64,000 nt of DNA from Sedimentisphaerales bacterium (GCA_963663965.2 CAXXFK010000032.1:108192-172191); one strand, 5' to 3'. Counted from the first letter of the stretch, positions 33,684-44,943 are shown. A program made the numbers and translations. The notes: generated from the sequence alone by a model not told the origin.

Positions 33684-34502
33684 TTAACGCCTGGCCTCCC
33701 TGGGGGGCTTGCGTAAATAACGCTCGGTGAAAATATCTTCCAGCTTAATATTATATTGAACCTCACTGAATTCCATTTCCGTAACACTTTCCGTCTTCAA
33801 ATCACTCACCTTGGATTTCATAACCGTCGGGAATTTCTCCTCACCCACGGTGATGGTCTCAATCTTCAAGGATTCAACAATACGATATTTCTTATCCTGA
33901 CTGTCATAATATTCCATCTTCATGGGAATAAACGTCTGGCGATCGATAAAAACATCAAAATACTTGAACTCCACGGTATCCGGTTTCAACGGGGTGTTGC
34001 GAACCACGTAATATTGATCGGTGGTCTCTTTCAGTTCATGTTTGTCCTCCAGCAGACTGCGCCCGGACACATCCTCGTACAGGAAGTCCGACCCGACAAA
34101 GCTGGTCCGCTTGTCACTGGCTGCGATACGTTTGACCAGATCCAGATTCGGCAGATACAGCCAGCGGTCATCATCTTTTTTGGGATCCGTATGCTTATGT
34201 ACCATAAACACCATACCGCGCACATCCGCCGGGCGGTCAAAATAAACATAATACTTCTGATCACCGCCATCCTGGTCATCCTTCCGCAACACGACAAACT
34301 CCCGCTCGCGCGTCCTGCCCTGTTTGTCCTTGATCGTCATCTTGACCTTCGCCTTGCCATCAATGCCCTGATAATAACTCATGAAATTGGCTTTTTCGAT
34401 GATCTGATCGACTGTTAATGGTCCGTCATTCTCTTGCGCTGCTTGAACCGTTAAGGCCCCGGTCGCCACCAACAGGGATAGGATTGCCAATCTTGTTTTC
34501 AT
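33684..34502 (-). CDS. outer membrane lipoprotein-sorting (LolA-like) protein
   Basis: Signal peptide; PADVRG, DDRWLYLP...KRI, SFVGSDFLYED, IFTERYL. Confidence 0.88.
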   Translation of the reverse strand: MKTRLAILSLLVATGALTVQAAQENDGPLTVDQIIEKANFMSYYQGIDGKAKVKMTIKDKQGRTREREFVVLRKDDQDGGDQKYYVYFDRPADVRGMVFMVHKHTDPKKDDDRWLYLPNLDLVKRIAASDKRTSFVGSDFLYEDVSGRSLLEDKHELKETTDQYYVVRNTPLKPDTVEFKYFDVFIDRQTFIPMKMEYYDSQDKKYRIVESLKIETITVGEEKFPTVMKSKVSDLKTESVTEMEFSEVQYNIKLEDIFTERYLRKPPREARR

Positions 34503-34605
34503 AATGTACCTCACATTTCACGTAGAACGAATTCTATTCTTATCAAGCCTCGAATACAGTTAACTTAAACGGATACTTTTTAATAATATTGCATAAAATG
34601 CAAAA

Positions 34606-37470
34606 CTAAACAGATTCCGAAGAATTCTCAATTCCCCCCTTTTGACTGTCAATCAATTTGCAGGCGTTACGACGCGATAACGTGCCACAAATCAAACCTA
34701 ATACCGGCACCAGCGCCAGACTGATCCAGGTGAGTTTCGTTACTCCCAGGTTCCAGTACTGATGCAGATTAATCGCGATGAGCGCCACAGTGGCAATGGA
34801 AATAATTAAACAGGAACCACAATTACAGGTGACCGTCTGCACTTTTTCACTGGCTTTAAATAGCCAACCTGACATAATCCGTATGAGTGCCGGTAACACC
34901 AGCATGGTCGCGACTCCGGAAAGCGCCATAATCGCACACAGAAAGATGCCCACGGTCTTGTAAGGAACCAATGGCGCTGCCAGCAACGGCAAAAAGCCAA
35001 TGGCAATCACCAGCACATTGCGGCTGATCGCCCGGGCCGGCTCGCCAAACATTTCACGATTGGCGGCCTCCCAGTTGCCGTGCTGACGATACGCCTCGCG
35101 GGACCGTTCCAGAAAATGAATGGCAAAATCAACCGCCATCCCCAGGGTCAATGCGCTCAACACCGCCACGGGCATATCGTAATCCTTGCCAATCAAGCCG
35201 ATAATACCATAAATCACCGCAATGGTAATCGTCAGCGGAATCATACACAACAATCCCCACAAGGGCGACCGGAACAGAATTGCCATCATAATAAAGACCA
35301 CCAGAAAACTGCCCATGAAGGATTGCAGCATGCCCGTGACCATCTTATCCTGCCAGATGACATTGATATAGGTTAAACCCGCCCAGTGATGAGCCAGTGG
35401 CGCCGGGGGCGTATTCTTTTTGAAAAACGTTTCTACTGCGGCAACCACTTTTTGCATATCCTTATTGTCGCCGCTGGTCAACTGGATCCAGATATTGGCC
35501 TTATCGTAATCCGGTGTTACCAGATGCCATAAATCCTGCGGCCGGTGACTGCCCTGGTATTGTATCAGCGTCTCGCCCACAGCCTGCAATCGATCGGGTA
35601 TCTGATAATTCTCTGGTTTGCCGTCAATGAGCTCCTGGTTAACTTTCTTAACTACATCCACCACAGAACTTGATTTTCCTACCACATCTAGATCTTGTAA
35701 ATAGTGTTGCAGTGATGCAATATACTGCAAAACATCCGGACGCTTGAAAAGTTTCAATCTCTCTTTTTCCAGGCCGATAAAAGTCAATATTTCATCCAGG
35801 GCATCAAATTCCACATCCGAAGCCCCTTTCATGACAGCCTCAATCTGATCATTAATTTTCTCAAACAGTTGATCAACAGATTCTGCTCCCCCTGCCTGTT
35901 CGATCATACCAACCAACTGGGCCTGGTATTTGGCCAGCTCCGGGTAATCCCCTTTGAGGGTTCCGATTTCTGTCTTCACTTTCTCTTTGAGTTCGCTTGC
36001 CAGCCTGGATACCGACAGATCACTGCCTGATCCTTCCAGCACCAGGTACGCCATATACGTACCGCCAAAATGATCATTCAATACCTTATCCGCCACCCGG
36101 ATCGGATGGCTGGGAGCAAACCATTTGACCGGATTGTCATTAATCTGGATTCGGCTGATTCCGTATACCGAGATCCCGACCAATACCACAAATACCGCCA
36201 GGATCGGCTTAGCGCCCTTGTAAACCCACTGCCCCAACCCATGCAGCCAGTTTGACATCACGGATGGTTTCTCATCATGATGAGCGGCCAGACCAAAATT
36301 CTCCAGCGATTTGTCTTTGATAAACATGACATAGGCTGGAACAAATACGATCGTTAATACCCATGCGATCATAATCCCGATACCGACAAACAGTCCAAAA
36401 ACCTGCACCGGCGGGATCGGGGTCAAAGCCAGGGACAAAAAGCCGGCCGCCGAGGTCAATGAAGTGTAAAGCATCGGTACAAATAAGCTATCCATTACCT
36501 CCAGTATCGTAGCCTTCTTCCCTTTCTCCCTGGTATAACGATCGAAAAATTCCGATAAGATATGCACCGAATCTACTACCGCAATCGGCATCAGAAATAT
36601 CGGAATCATTGAGCTCATGATATGAACCGGGTGGCCAAATCCAATCAACAATCCCATCGTGGAGATCACTGATACCATTGCCACGATCATGGGCGAAATA
36701 ATCAGTACCAGCTTACGGAAAAACAGCAGCATCAGGACAAAAATCGTCAGCATGGCTAATGGAGCCGATATCGCCATCTGGATAAACATCTCCACCCCGA
36801 AGGTATCCTCCGCTACCGGCAATCCCGTAATGTGATATTCTTCATCACCGGAAAATTCGGCGATTTTCTTATTTAAGGCGGTATAAACCCGGTAACTCAG
36901 AGCTTTGCTGGTTAATGGCAAATACAGACACAGCGCCTTGCCGTCTTCCGAGACCAGAGTGCCTTTTAAAATAGGATTCGATAACACCCGATCTTTAATT
37001 TCTGCGGCCTGTTCCGCGGTATACGGGGGCTTGCCCATCAGCCACTCGAATTTAACAAATCCGGGACTGTCTCCCTGTCCGATATGATCCACCATACTGG
37101 GCGCAATGATATCCGCCTCGATAACACCAATCGATTTATCCGGATTCTCCGGATCATCCCATTGCAGTTCAGTAGCGGCAAAATCCGCTAACTGGTAGAC
37201 TTTTTCAAGTGAAGCTGGATTAAAAACACCTTCCGGATCATGCTCGTTTACGATACCCAGCACAACCATATCGCTTAAGTCAAACCGTTCTTTGTTCTCA
37301 TCATGAAATACCCTGACCGGTTCATCTTCCGCCAGCATATTTTCCGGATCGGTATCCACTTTGATCATCGGTATCATAGCCCCGGTGATCACCGTAAACA
37401 GGACCATCAGCCAGGTGACTGTTTTGGGATGCCCGATAGCGATACCGGTTATTTTATGTTTAATATCCAT
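34606..37470 (-). CDS. MMPL/RND-family exporter
   Basis: Two TM clusters with IAVVDSVH and GMAVDFAIH motifs and two large periplasmic loops. Confidence 0.92.
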   Translation of the reverse strand: MDIKHKITGIAIGHPKTVTWLMVLFTVITGAMIPMIKVDTDPENMLAEDEPVRVFHDENKERFDLSDMVVLGIVNEHDPEGVFNPASLEKVYQLADFAATELQWDDPENPDKSIGVIEADIIAPSMVDHIGQGDSPGFVKFEWLMGKPPYTAEQAAEIKDRVLSNPILKGTLVSEDGKALCLYLPLTSKALSYRVYTALNKKIAEFSGDEEYHITGLPVAEDTFGVEMFIQMAISAPLAMLTIFVLMLLFFRKLVLIISPMIVAMVSVISTMGLLIGFGHPVHIMSSMIPIFLMPIAVVDSVHILSEFFDRYTREKGKKATILEVMDSLFVPMLYTSLTSAAGFLSLALTPIPPVQVFGLFVGIGIMIAWVLTIVFVPAYVMFIKDKSLENFGLAAHHDEKPSVMSNWLHGLGQWVYKGAKPILAVFVVLVGISVYGISRIQINDNPVKWFAPSHPIRVADKVLNDHFGGTYMAYLVLEGSGSDLSVSRLASELKEKVKTEIGTLKGDYPELAKYQAQLVGMIEQAGGAESVDQLFEKINDQIEAVMKGASDVEFDALDEILTFIGLEKERLKLFKRPDVLQYIASLQHYLQDLDVVGKSSSVVDVVKKVNQELIDGKPENYQIPDRLQAVGETLIQYQGSHRPQDLWHLVTPDYDKANIWIQLTSGDNKDMQKVVAAVETFFKKNTPPAPLAHHWAGLTYINVIWQDKMVTGMLQSFMGSFLVVFIMMAILFRSPLWGLLCMIPLTITIAVIYGIIGLIGKDYDMPVAVLSALTLGMAVDFAIHFLERSREAYRQHGNWEAANREMFGEPARAISRNVLVIAIGFLPLLAAPLVPYKTVGIFLCAIMALSGVATMLVLPALIRIMSGWLFKASEKVQTVTCNCGSCLIISIATVALIAINLHQYWNLGVTKLTWISLALVPVLGLICGTLSRRNACKLIDSQKGGIENSSESV

Positions 37471-37502
37471 ATCGTTATGCTCCTTAGATAATCTCGTGTT
37501 TG

Positions 37503-37979
37503 TTAATCCTCGATAATACCCTTTAACATCTGCTTCTCCTCAGCGACAACGGCCCCACCCATCACGCGGGCGATATTCCCACCAAAGAGCTTCGCCATCA
37601 ATGCCATATTCATCTCCGAAAACCAGACCCCGCCATGATCATCCTCCCAGACCGCCATCGTACAAGGCATCAAGCAGGAAATGTGCCTGTCCGTCGTTAA
37701 AACCTCTTTCGCATACTGTGGTTTACATAACTTAACCAGTGATACCCGGGGTTTGAACTCTACATTATGCTTGGCCATGGATTGATTTAAATGCCAGACC
37801 TCTTTGGCTACCCAGCCATTGTCTTTGACCGATTGCTCCAGCCGGTTGACTGTTTCTTCAAATCCAAGCAGGCTCTTCTTCTTGACGATCATCATTCCCG
37901 GCATGAGTTTTACTACCAGAACCCCGCAAATAACAACGCCTGCGACAAAACCGATTACCAAAGCCAGATAGGGATTCAT
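37503..37979 (-). CDS. DUF302 domain protein
   Basis: FEETVNRLE, KLCKPQYA, LMPCTMAVWE; N-terminal TM; AGGAG RBS. Confidence 0.8.
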   Translation of the reverse strand: MNPYLALVIGFVAGVVICGVLVVKLMPGMMIVKKKSLLGFEETVNRLEQSVKDNGWVAKEVWHLNQSMAKHNVEFKPRVSLVKLCKPQYAKEVLTTDRHISCLMPCTMAVWEDDHGGVWFSEMNMALMAKLFGGNIARVMGGAVVAEEKQMLKGIIED

Positions 37980-38052
37980 GAGCGATCTCCTTGAGCTCTT
38001 CGTTATCTTTATGTATTTGTACACTTTATTTCGATCATTTCAATATAAATTT

Positions 38053-38373
38053 TTATAACGTCTCTAATGTTTTTTTGATGGTCTCCACAGTCTGTATCCC
38101 CGTCATTTTACGTAAGACATGACCATTTTTAACAAATACCAGCGTTGGAATGGCTCTCACCCCAAATTGTGCGGCTAATTGAGGATTTTCATCGACATCC
38201 ACCTTCCCGAACACTGCCTTTTCGCCCAGCTTGCTGGCGGCTTCTTCAAATATCGGCCCCATGGCCCGGCAAGGACCGCACCACGGCGCCCAGAAATCGA
38301 TGACCGCAAGCGACTCTTTAATTGCGTGACTGTAATTCTTATCGTTTAATTTTCTGACTTGTTCTGTTTTCAT
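38053..38373 (-). CDS. trxA: thioredoxin
   Basis: DFWAPWCGPC active site; IPTL. Confidence 0.95.
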   Translation of the reverse strand: MKTEQVRKLNDKNYSHAIKESLAVIDFWAPWCGPCRAMGPIFEEAASKLGEKAVFGKVDVDENPQLAAQFGVRAIPTLVFVKNGHVLRKMTGIQTVETIKKTLETL

Positions 38374-38427
38374 GGTATTTCTCCTGTAATAGAGTGATCA
38401 ATTTATTAAGTTTACACCTATTAACAA

Positions 38428-38443
38428 AGCAATATCTATGCCA
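38428..38443 (-). promoter_or_regulatory. sigma54 promoter of the trxA-DUF302-MMPL operon
   Basis: TGGCATAGATATTGCT (GG-N10-GC). Confidence 0.75.
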
Positions 38444-38659
38444 CTAGAACAAAAACAACCCATAAATTTCACAAGATATTATATTATAGATAGTTATATA
38501 TAGTCAAAAGTGAGACAGATAAACAACCACCATCTGGACAGCCGATGAGTATGCGCATACATCACAGAAAAGAGTATACAAAACTAGAAAGTTTACACAA
38601 ATAAGATCTTCCAGAAAGTTCTCTAACCTTTTAAAAGATCGCTCGAACCGGCTTTTCCT

Positions 38660-39502
38660 TTACTTCCCTTTGGAATCTTGGGGTTCTCGAAATACTCTTA
38701 CATAATCGATGATATACTTCTGCGGGAAAATTGAATCATCAATCTGACGGCCCCAACTGCCGCCCAATGCCAGATTGATCAATAAATAGTGTGGCTGGTG
38801 AAATGGATTACCCTCTCCCTCTCCCGCTTTGTTCAGCATAAATGTGTGATATTTATTGTCATCGAAATAAAAATCGATTCGTTCCTGATTCCATTCAATG
38901 GCATACACATGAAATGCCTGATATGGCGCTGGAGTGGTTATTTTCCCCCCATTCGATGCGTGTTTACCATCCAGCGAATAATGGGTTGTTGCGTGCACTC
39001 GATTGGGATCGTGACCGACATATTCCATAATATCAATTTCTCCGCATCGGGGCCATCCGACCTGGTCATGATTTTCCCCCAGCATCCAGATCGCCGGCCA
39101 TACCCCTTTGCCCTGCGGCAGTTTGGCCCGCACTTCAATGCGTCCATATTGCCAACTCTCAATATGTTTGGTAATCAGGCTGGCCGCCGTATATTCAGCG
39201 TATTCACGCTGGGTTTGCCATCTATCTGATCCGGGCTTGTATCTGGGATTCTTATAACGCTCTTTCCGCCCCTCAATAATCAAAAAACCATTTTCAACCC
39301 GGGCATTAGCCAATCGTCCCCGGGTATAATATTGCATCTCCTCATTGCGTACGAAACCCACTTCATAATCCCATTTCTTCTGATCAGGTAATCCCTGATA
39401 ATCAAATTCATCCGACCAGATCAATGCCCAGTCAGCAGCGCTGCCAAGGGTTATCCCGACACAGAATCCCAGCAATACAACGATAAACATTACTTTTTTC
39501 AT
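38660..39502 (-). CDS. glycoside hydrolase family 16 (beta-glucanase-like)
   Basis: WSDEF, WPAIWML, catalytic EIDIME, NLALGG; signal peptide. Confidence 0.93.
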   Translation of the reverse strand: MKKVMFIVVLLGFCVGITLGSAADWALIWSDEFDYQGLPDQKKWDYEVGFVRNEEMQYYTRGRLANARVENGFLIIEGRKERYKNPRYKPGSDRWQTQREYAEYTAASLITKHIESWQYGRIEVRAKLPQGKGVWPAIWMLGENHDQVGWPRCGEIDIMEYVGHDPNRVHATTHYSLDGKHASNGGKITTPAPYQAFHVYAIEWNQERIDFYFDDNKYHTFMLNKAGEGEGNPFHQPHYLLINLALGGSWGRQIDDSIFPQKYIIDYVRVFREPQDSKGK

Positions 39503-39697
39503 GATTGTCCTGTTCTTTATATGGCGTTTATAATCATCCCTTTAAACCACATCATAATAAACTTCAACTGACATGTCAATTCGTCATCCCATCACCGGAA
39601 ATATCCCTCGCCTTAAACCTGAAAAAAGGATTTTATGCCTTTCAGTTAGAAACGCCTGTTTTTAAAGGGGGGACATAAAGGTGAAAAACCAACCGTT

Positions 39698-40348
39698 TTA
39701 GTTCAATTCAAATTCCGCAGCGACCGGCAAATGATCGGAAAATACAAAATCCAGCAACTCAAAGCGCTTTAATTCAAACTCCCGGGAATAGTAGATATGA
39801 TCTATACACCAGAATCCATTGATCATTGGCCAGGAAGCCTTAACCCGTTTGCCAGATCGACATTCAGACATACGGCCACAGGCCTTGAGTGCGTGTAATT
39901 CCTTTTGGCGATGCGATGCATTGAAGTCCCCAGCCATAATCAGGGGTTCCTCGTGTATCCGTGGAAAATGACTTAAAGCTAGTAATTGGCTGTTTCTCTT
40001 TTTGTAACGGTTAAAAGTCCACGGCGCGGAGGTATGAATGGCCGCCAGCTTGAAGCCTCGCCCGTATTCAATCCGCATAATCCCCTGAGGGCGCCCCTCA
40101 AAGACCCCTTCATTAATCTCCTGATAATCAGATATCGGGTACTTGCTGTACACCACCAGACTGCCTACCGGATTGGGCGATACCGATTGTTGATAATCAT
40201 AATTGCCCAGTAGCTCCTGGACCTGATCAATCTTCCTATCCGGCATCTCGGCAAAGATCAACACATCCGCATCTTCTTGCTTTAAGGATTCCACGGCCCA
40301 GAAAAGCCGGGGATTTAAATTCCAGATATTCGAAAATATGATCTTCAT
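39698..40348 (-). CDS. endonuclease/exonuclease/phosphatase family protein
   Basis: AGDFN, IDHI, SDHLP motifs. Confidence 0.85.
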   Translation of the reverse strand: MKIIFSNIWNLNPRLFWAVESLKQEDADVLIFAEMPDRKIDQVQELLGNYDYQQSVSPNPVGSLVVYSKYPISDYQEINEGVFEGRPQGIMRIEYGRGFKLAAIHTSAPWTFNRYKKRNSQLLALSHFPRIHEEPLIMAGDFNASHRQKELHALKACGRMSECRSGKRVKASWPMINGFWCIDHIYYSREFELKRFELLDFVFSDHLPVAAEFELN

Positions 40349-40530
40349 CTATAATATTTATTGGCTGATGACTGGAGTGATCTTAGATTAATTCACTGGA
40401 GGAATGTCGCTCTCTCGCTTACCACTTCACTGCATTGCAATATTATACCTGATAAATACGATTTTAGCAACTCCCATAAGCGCCACTTTTCAGACAATAT
40501 ACACATAATCCCTTTTACAATAATAGATTA

Positions 40531-40731
40531 TCAACATTCTGCCGCTTCCATAATCGGCTCCAGTAATGCGACCTGATTAATGCAGGTCAGAATTCTGTCG
40601 CGTAATTCTTTATCGGACATCCCATATTTACGCCCCAACTGCATAATTTGTTCACGTAACGGGCTGGATAATAACATAAAGTAGATATCCTCAGCGAACT
40701 TGCCTGTTTGTAATCCTATTACCAATTCCAT
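40531..40731 (-). CDS. small hypothetical protein
   Basis: AGGAG RBS; 66 aa, helical. Confidence 0.5.
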   Translation of the reverse strand: MELVIGLQTGKFAEDIYFMLLSSPLREQIMQLGRKYGMSDKELRDRILTCINQVALLEPIMEAAEC

Positions 40732-40924
40732 AATATTTGCTCCTGATTATTTCAGCTTATCATTAACATCAGTACACTCATAATGAATGACAGTGATAAA
40801 TCCAAAACATTACAGCAAATATCGTCTTTTACACGGTTTTGACACGCAACCGATAGATCCCCCAATATCTCCGAAACAACCACACAATCCATAACCCACA
40901 CAATCACAATTAGTTAAACATCAT

Positions 40925-41917
40925 TTATCCATCAACAATATTCCAGAACAACTCAGGATCAATCCCCTTTTGAACCAGCCAGCGTTGTATCATCTGACTG
41001 GCCATAGGGAGCGAATTAGCCAGTTCCCAACGCCCGGTCTTTCGTAAAGTAACCAATCCAAGATACATTTCCCGACTCCAGAGCATTTGATATTGATCAT
41101 CTACGATCCTGATCTGCTCACGAGGCATAGACTCGTCCGCACCAATCCAGCGAACAGTCGCAATCTGTGGATGACCTGGATAATTCTCGAGGTCCTTTGG
41201 AATGTCACCATTAGCAATGACCTCAAAGGGCTGTAAACTTACCCGTCCTCTCTTAAAACCCGCCGGTTCCATAATCGGGTAAGTAAATTCTATTCCATCT
41301 GTACTATTCGCTTCCTGCCCCAAACGAACAAAAAGATCAAATAACGGGGGCGGAACAAGATTCATCGGGACTAACTGATCGGCCAATGGAATCAGATAAC
41401 CGGGAGAATAATTCGAATTGGCGGTTAATACCCCATCTTTATAGCTGAATGCCTGCTCTAATTTCAATCCGCTTTCGATACGGACTTCTGAACTGGTCCA
41501 GATCCGCATGTCATCCCGAATAAAACAATCTGATTCTCTCTGACGTCCGATATCGGTCATGAAAAAATATTCGCGTATGCGATAACTGACCTGATCACCC
41601 TGATCCCAGATCGGTTCCTGATAGAGCACGTCAAATCCCACAACACCCTTTTCCGATTCGATCAGGTACATTCGCCCAAATACTTCGCCTTTAAAATAAT
41701 AGGTTAACTTTCGCTTCGAAACTTGTTCAATGATTTCCGCGCCTTTTAAACGCATACGCTCCCGGCCGGACCGCGAATAAACCATCCACCAGGCAGCCCC
41801 CAGACACATAATCAGCAACAAAGCCAATACGATCGTGGTACGAGCAGCCAGGGCTGTTTGTTTATGCATGACTTCATTGGGACGATAAACGCTGTTTGTC
41901 GGGCCTTTATCTAACAT
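40925..41917 (-). CDS. membrane-anchored hypothetical protein
   Basis: One N-terminal TM followed by a soluble domain; start codon uncertain. Confidence 0.6.
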   Translation of the reverse strand: MLDKGPTNSVYRPNEVMHKQTALAARTTIVLALLLIMCLGAAWWMVYSRSGRERMRLKGAEIIEQVSKRKLTYYFKGEVFGRMYLIESEKGVVGFDVLYQEPIWDQGDQVSYRIREYFFMTDIGRQRESDCFIRDDMRIWTSSEVRIESGLKLEQAFSYKDGVLTANSNYSPGYLIPLADQLVPMNLVPPPLFDLFVRLGQEANSTDGIEFTYPIMEPAGFKRGRVSLQPFEVIANGDIPKDLENYPGHPQIATVRWIGADESMPREQIRIVDDQYQMLWSREMYLGLVTLRKTGRWELANSLPMASQMIQRWLVQKGIDPELFWNIVDG

Positions 41918-42051
41918 AAGATCATTGTATCCTGTCCGGCCGAAATATCAACATTTTTAACTGACTTGATCTTGATCCCTCATAATCAAATAAATTCATA
42001 TCCAATTTATTGGCAATAAATTATGATATTCATATGCATTATTATCCATAA

Positions 42052-43557
42052 TTATCGCTTGCTGAGAAACAGAGACTCCCAGTCTGGCTGATCATGTTTT
42101 AGCAATAATTCACGAATTTTTCGTGATTCATCAAAATTATTGAGCGCCAGTTGAGTTTGCGCCAGACCAAATAATGCCACTTTGTTCTGAGGATCGGCAA
42201 TTCGGCACAACTCATATTCCCGGGCGGCCAATTCGTAGTTCCCGTTTTTGTAATAAATATCCGCCAACTCTAAACGTGCCGATAAATTTTTGGGTTCCAT
42301 ATCTAATGTCGCTTGTAATGACATGATTGCTAATTGCCATTCTCCACGCATGCTGTACAAGCGGCTCTTGCGATAGTAATAATGACTGTCTTTTTGCAGG
42401 GGTTCAACCACAACCTCCTTTTCTTCCGGGGCATTGGGATCAACAACCGAGATGCATATTTCATTGCCAACCGTTGCCTTTGGCGCGCCTGATATTTGTT
42501 TCTCATGATCTTCAAGGGCTTCCTGGTGATTGGCTTGATCATCTTTTCTGAGACAAATCTGACTTGCTACCAGAATTCCACCGGATTCTCCATCATTTGC
42601 GCTTATTGCACCCTGAAGGCGACACGGTTCATCTCTTTTTCCGCCCTCCTGAACCGAGACCTTCGTTTGGGATGTTGTTGATTGAAACCCTGTCCCACCA
42701 TCCAATTCGACAGGAGGTTCCTCTGATAACAGTTGATGTCCATTGGGATCTGTCAAGAGGAGACCTCCGAGGGGCTTGACCTCAAAAAAATCCGTATAAG
42801 CATCAGCCGTTCTCCCCGCCCGATCCTTGATTTCGATAATGATCCTGATGGATTCACCTGCCGCCGATACGGGTATTCGCCAATACCGGGTTCCACTGGC
42901 AGAACACCTTTCTCCGATAATCCTGCGAGGAGATGAATCGTGTGATGGTTTGGATTCCCAATAAATCGTCACCGGTTTATCGGACAATTGCGCGTCGAAT
43001 CCCACCCAGCTGAATGTGAACGTGCTGCCGACTTCCTGTTGCCCTTCTATTGGGTCATGCTGTAAATAAATACTCGGATCTGTCTGGTCAAAAAACAAAG
43101 CTATCTGCGGCTCAACGCAAGCCGGAATGACCCCGGGTGACCTGGCGGACTGGCTTTTCGCTGGATCTAAAGGGATTGAACGCAAACCGTCTGAAGTAAC
43201 CGCAATGATTAGTAGCCGGTAAAGTCCATCTGACGGAGGCGTAAATAAGACAGGTGACAATTTGTCATTGTCATAACCATAAAACCGCCAATCATGACTC
43301 TGGCCAGACTGATACCATATCTCGATATGGTCCGGGTGACTGAATGGGCCATTAAAACGATACTCAATATTTACCGATGATCCCAGTATGACACAACTTC
43401 CCTCTGGCGGTCCCTCCTCCCCCTTTAAACTCATGCCTTGCCCCCAAAGATCGATACTTACTGCCAATAAACAAATGATCCAAATGACAATAGGTCTGTT
43501 ACAAAAGCTGTTACAAACTTGATAATTATATGCAAAATCAGGATTTCGGCACTCCAT
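42052..43557 (-). CDS. exported protein with beta-sandwich-like N-region and C-terminal TPRs
   Basis: Hydrophobic N-segment; IEIWY...SPVLFTPPSDGLY; TPRs LELADIYYKNGNYELAAREY, LFGLAQTQLALNNF. Confidence 0.7.
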   Translation of the reverse strand: MECRNPDFAYNYQVCNSFCNRPIVIWIICLLAVSIDLWGQGMSLKGEEGPPEGSCVILGSSVNIEYRFNGPFSHPDHIEIWYQSGQSHDWRFYGYDNDKLSPVLFTPPSDGLYRLLIIAVTSDGLRSIPLDPAKSQSARSPGVIPACVEPQIALFFDQTDPSIYLQHDPIEGQQEVGSTFTFSWVGFDAQLSDKPVTIYWESKPSHDSSPRRIIGERCSASGTRYWRIPVSAAGESIRIIIEIKDRAGRTADAYTDFFEVKPLGGLLLTDPNGHQLLSEEPPVELDGGTGFQSTTSQTKVSVQEGGKRDEPCRLQGAISANDGESGGILVASQICLRKDDQANHQEALEDHEKQISGAPKATVGNEICISVVDPNAPEEKEVVVEPLQKDSHYYYRKSRLYSMRGEWQLAIMSLQATLDMEPKNLSARLELADIYYKNGNYELAAREYELCRIADPQNKVALFGLAQTQLALNNFDESRKIRELLLKHDQPDWESLFLSKR

Positions 43558-43623
43558 TGCCAGGTTCCATCTTTCATTTTTTTGATTGGAATTTAAACAG
43601 ACTATCCATCAGTTCCATATTTA

Positions 43624-43651
43624 TTATCGGATTATAGGACCTGAATCTTTG
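43624..43651 (-). promoter_or_regulatory. possible sigma28-type promoter
   Basis: CAAA-N16-TCCGATAA upstream of ORF 43557; imperfect match. Confidence 0.3.
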
Positions 43652-43802
43652 CCTTTTTTTATAAAAATTATGGAAAAGATGATAAAAAATTTGCCCGCTT
43701 TCCATTTATTTTGCATTTTTAAATAGAATTTCCCTGTTTCGCTTGTCTTGGCTCGCTTAACGATTAGCCACTGACCTTTAAGAAAGGAATAATCATAAAC
43801 AG

Positions 43803-44762
43803 ATGAACAATACAATCCCCAGTCAAATTGCTAATGATTTTTACAAAACCCTGTTGGATAATATCTTCGATGCGGTCTACATGGTGAATAATCAGGGCAT
43901 CATTGTTTACTGGAACGACAGTTGTGCGCGTTTGACAGGCTTTGGCTCAGAAGAAATGGTTGGCCAGTTTTATCAGGACACCCTGTTTGGTAGTACCACC
44001 GACGGACATCCAGATAACTATAATGGGATCGATATTGCGCTGACTACCGGAATGCCTGGAACATGGAAGGGCCAGATTTGTCGTCGCAATGGTCAACGTC
44101 TTCCAGTCGAATCTCATGTGTCTCCAGTACGTGATCATAATGCTGATACAATTGGAGTGGTCGCTGTTTTTCGTGATATTTCTGCCCATGTGGCCCTGGA
44201 AGACGCTCATCGCAAAATGCTGGCAACAGCCAGACTTGATCCTCTAACCGGACTGCATAATCGACTTTCGATCAACGAAATACTGGGAGTCGAACTGGAC
44301 AGGGCCTCCCGTTACAATCAACCATTATCCGTTGTGATCGTTGATATTGATCATTTTAAACGTTTTAATGATAATTACGGCCATGAAACAGGCGATATTA
44401 TCCTGAAAAACGTGGCCGATGTATTTTTTAATAATTTACGTAAGCCGGATATTGCCGGACGCTGGGGTGGCGAAGAATTTATTATCATTGCTCCAGGCAG
44501 CGATGCCATCGATGCGGCTCGCATGGCGGAACGGTTGCGCAAATTTATCCATGACGTTCATACCCAACATTGTGCAGATCAGGTAACGGCCAGTTTCGGG
44601 ATCGCCCAGTATTCACACGGCCTGATGCGCGATCAGTTAATCTGCCTGGCTGACCGGGCAATGTATCAAGCCAAAAATGGGGGGCGAAATCGTGTAGTGG
44701 TATCTCGTGAGGATGACGACCTGCACATCCTGCCCGACTATGAACATAAACCAAAACTATAG
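43803..44762 (+). CDS. PAS-GGDEF diguanylate cyclase
   Basis: PAS domain (IVYWN...LTGF); DPLTGLHNR, DIDHFK, RKPD I-site, GGEEF. Confidence 0.93.
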   Translation: MNNTIPSQIANDFYKTLLDNIFDAVYMVNNQGIIVYWNDSCARLTGFGSEEMVGQFYQDTLFGSTTDGHPDNYNGIDIALTTGMPGTWKGQICRRNGQRLPVESHVSPVRDHNADTIGVVAVFRDISAHVALEDAHRKMLATARLDPLTGLHNRLSINEILGVELDRASRYNQPLSVVIVDIDHFKRFNDNYGHETGDIILKNVADVFFNNLRKPDIAGRWGGEEFIIIAPGSDAIDAARMAERLRKFIHDVHTQHCADQVTASFGIAQYSHGLMRDQLICLADRAMYQAKNGGRNRVVVSREDDDLHILPDYEHKPKL

Positions 44763-44860
44763 AACAACTTAGATCATATTTCTTAAAAAAGAATAAAAAT
44801 TCTGTTTTTATATTTGACTCAACCTGTGATTTTTGATAAAAAGTTTAGCTCTTCAACGAA

Positions 44861-44935
44861 GGCCCCTTCGTCTAGCCAGGTCTAGGACACAGGGTTTTCA
44901 TCCCTGCAACACGGGTTCGAATCCCGTAGGGGTCA
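44861..44935 (+). tRNA. tRNA-Glu (TTC)
   Basis: Acceptor GGCCCCT/AGGGGTC; anticodon arm CAGGG-TTTTCAT-CCCTG; T-loop GTTCGAATC; CCA not encoded. Confidence 0.96.
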
Positions 44936-44943
44936 TTTTGACC

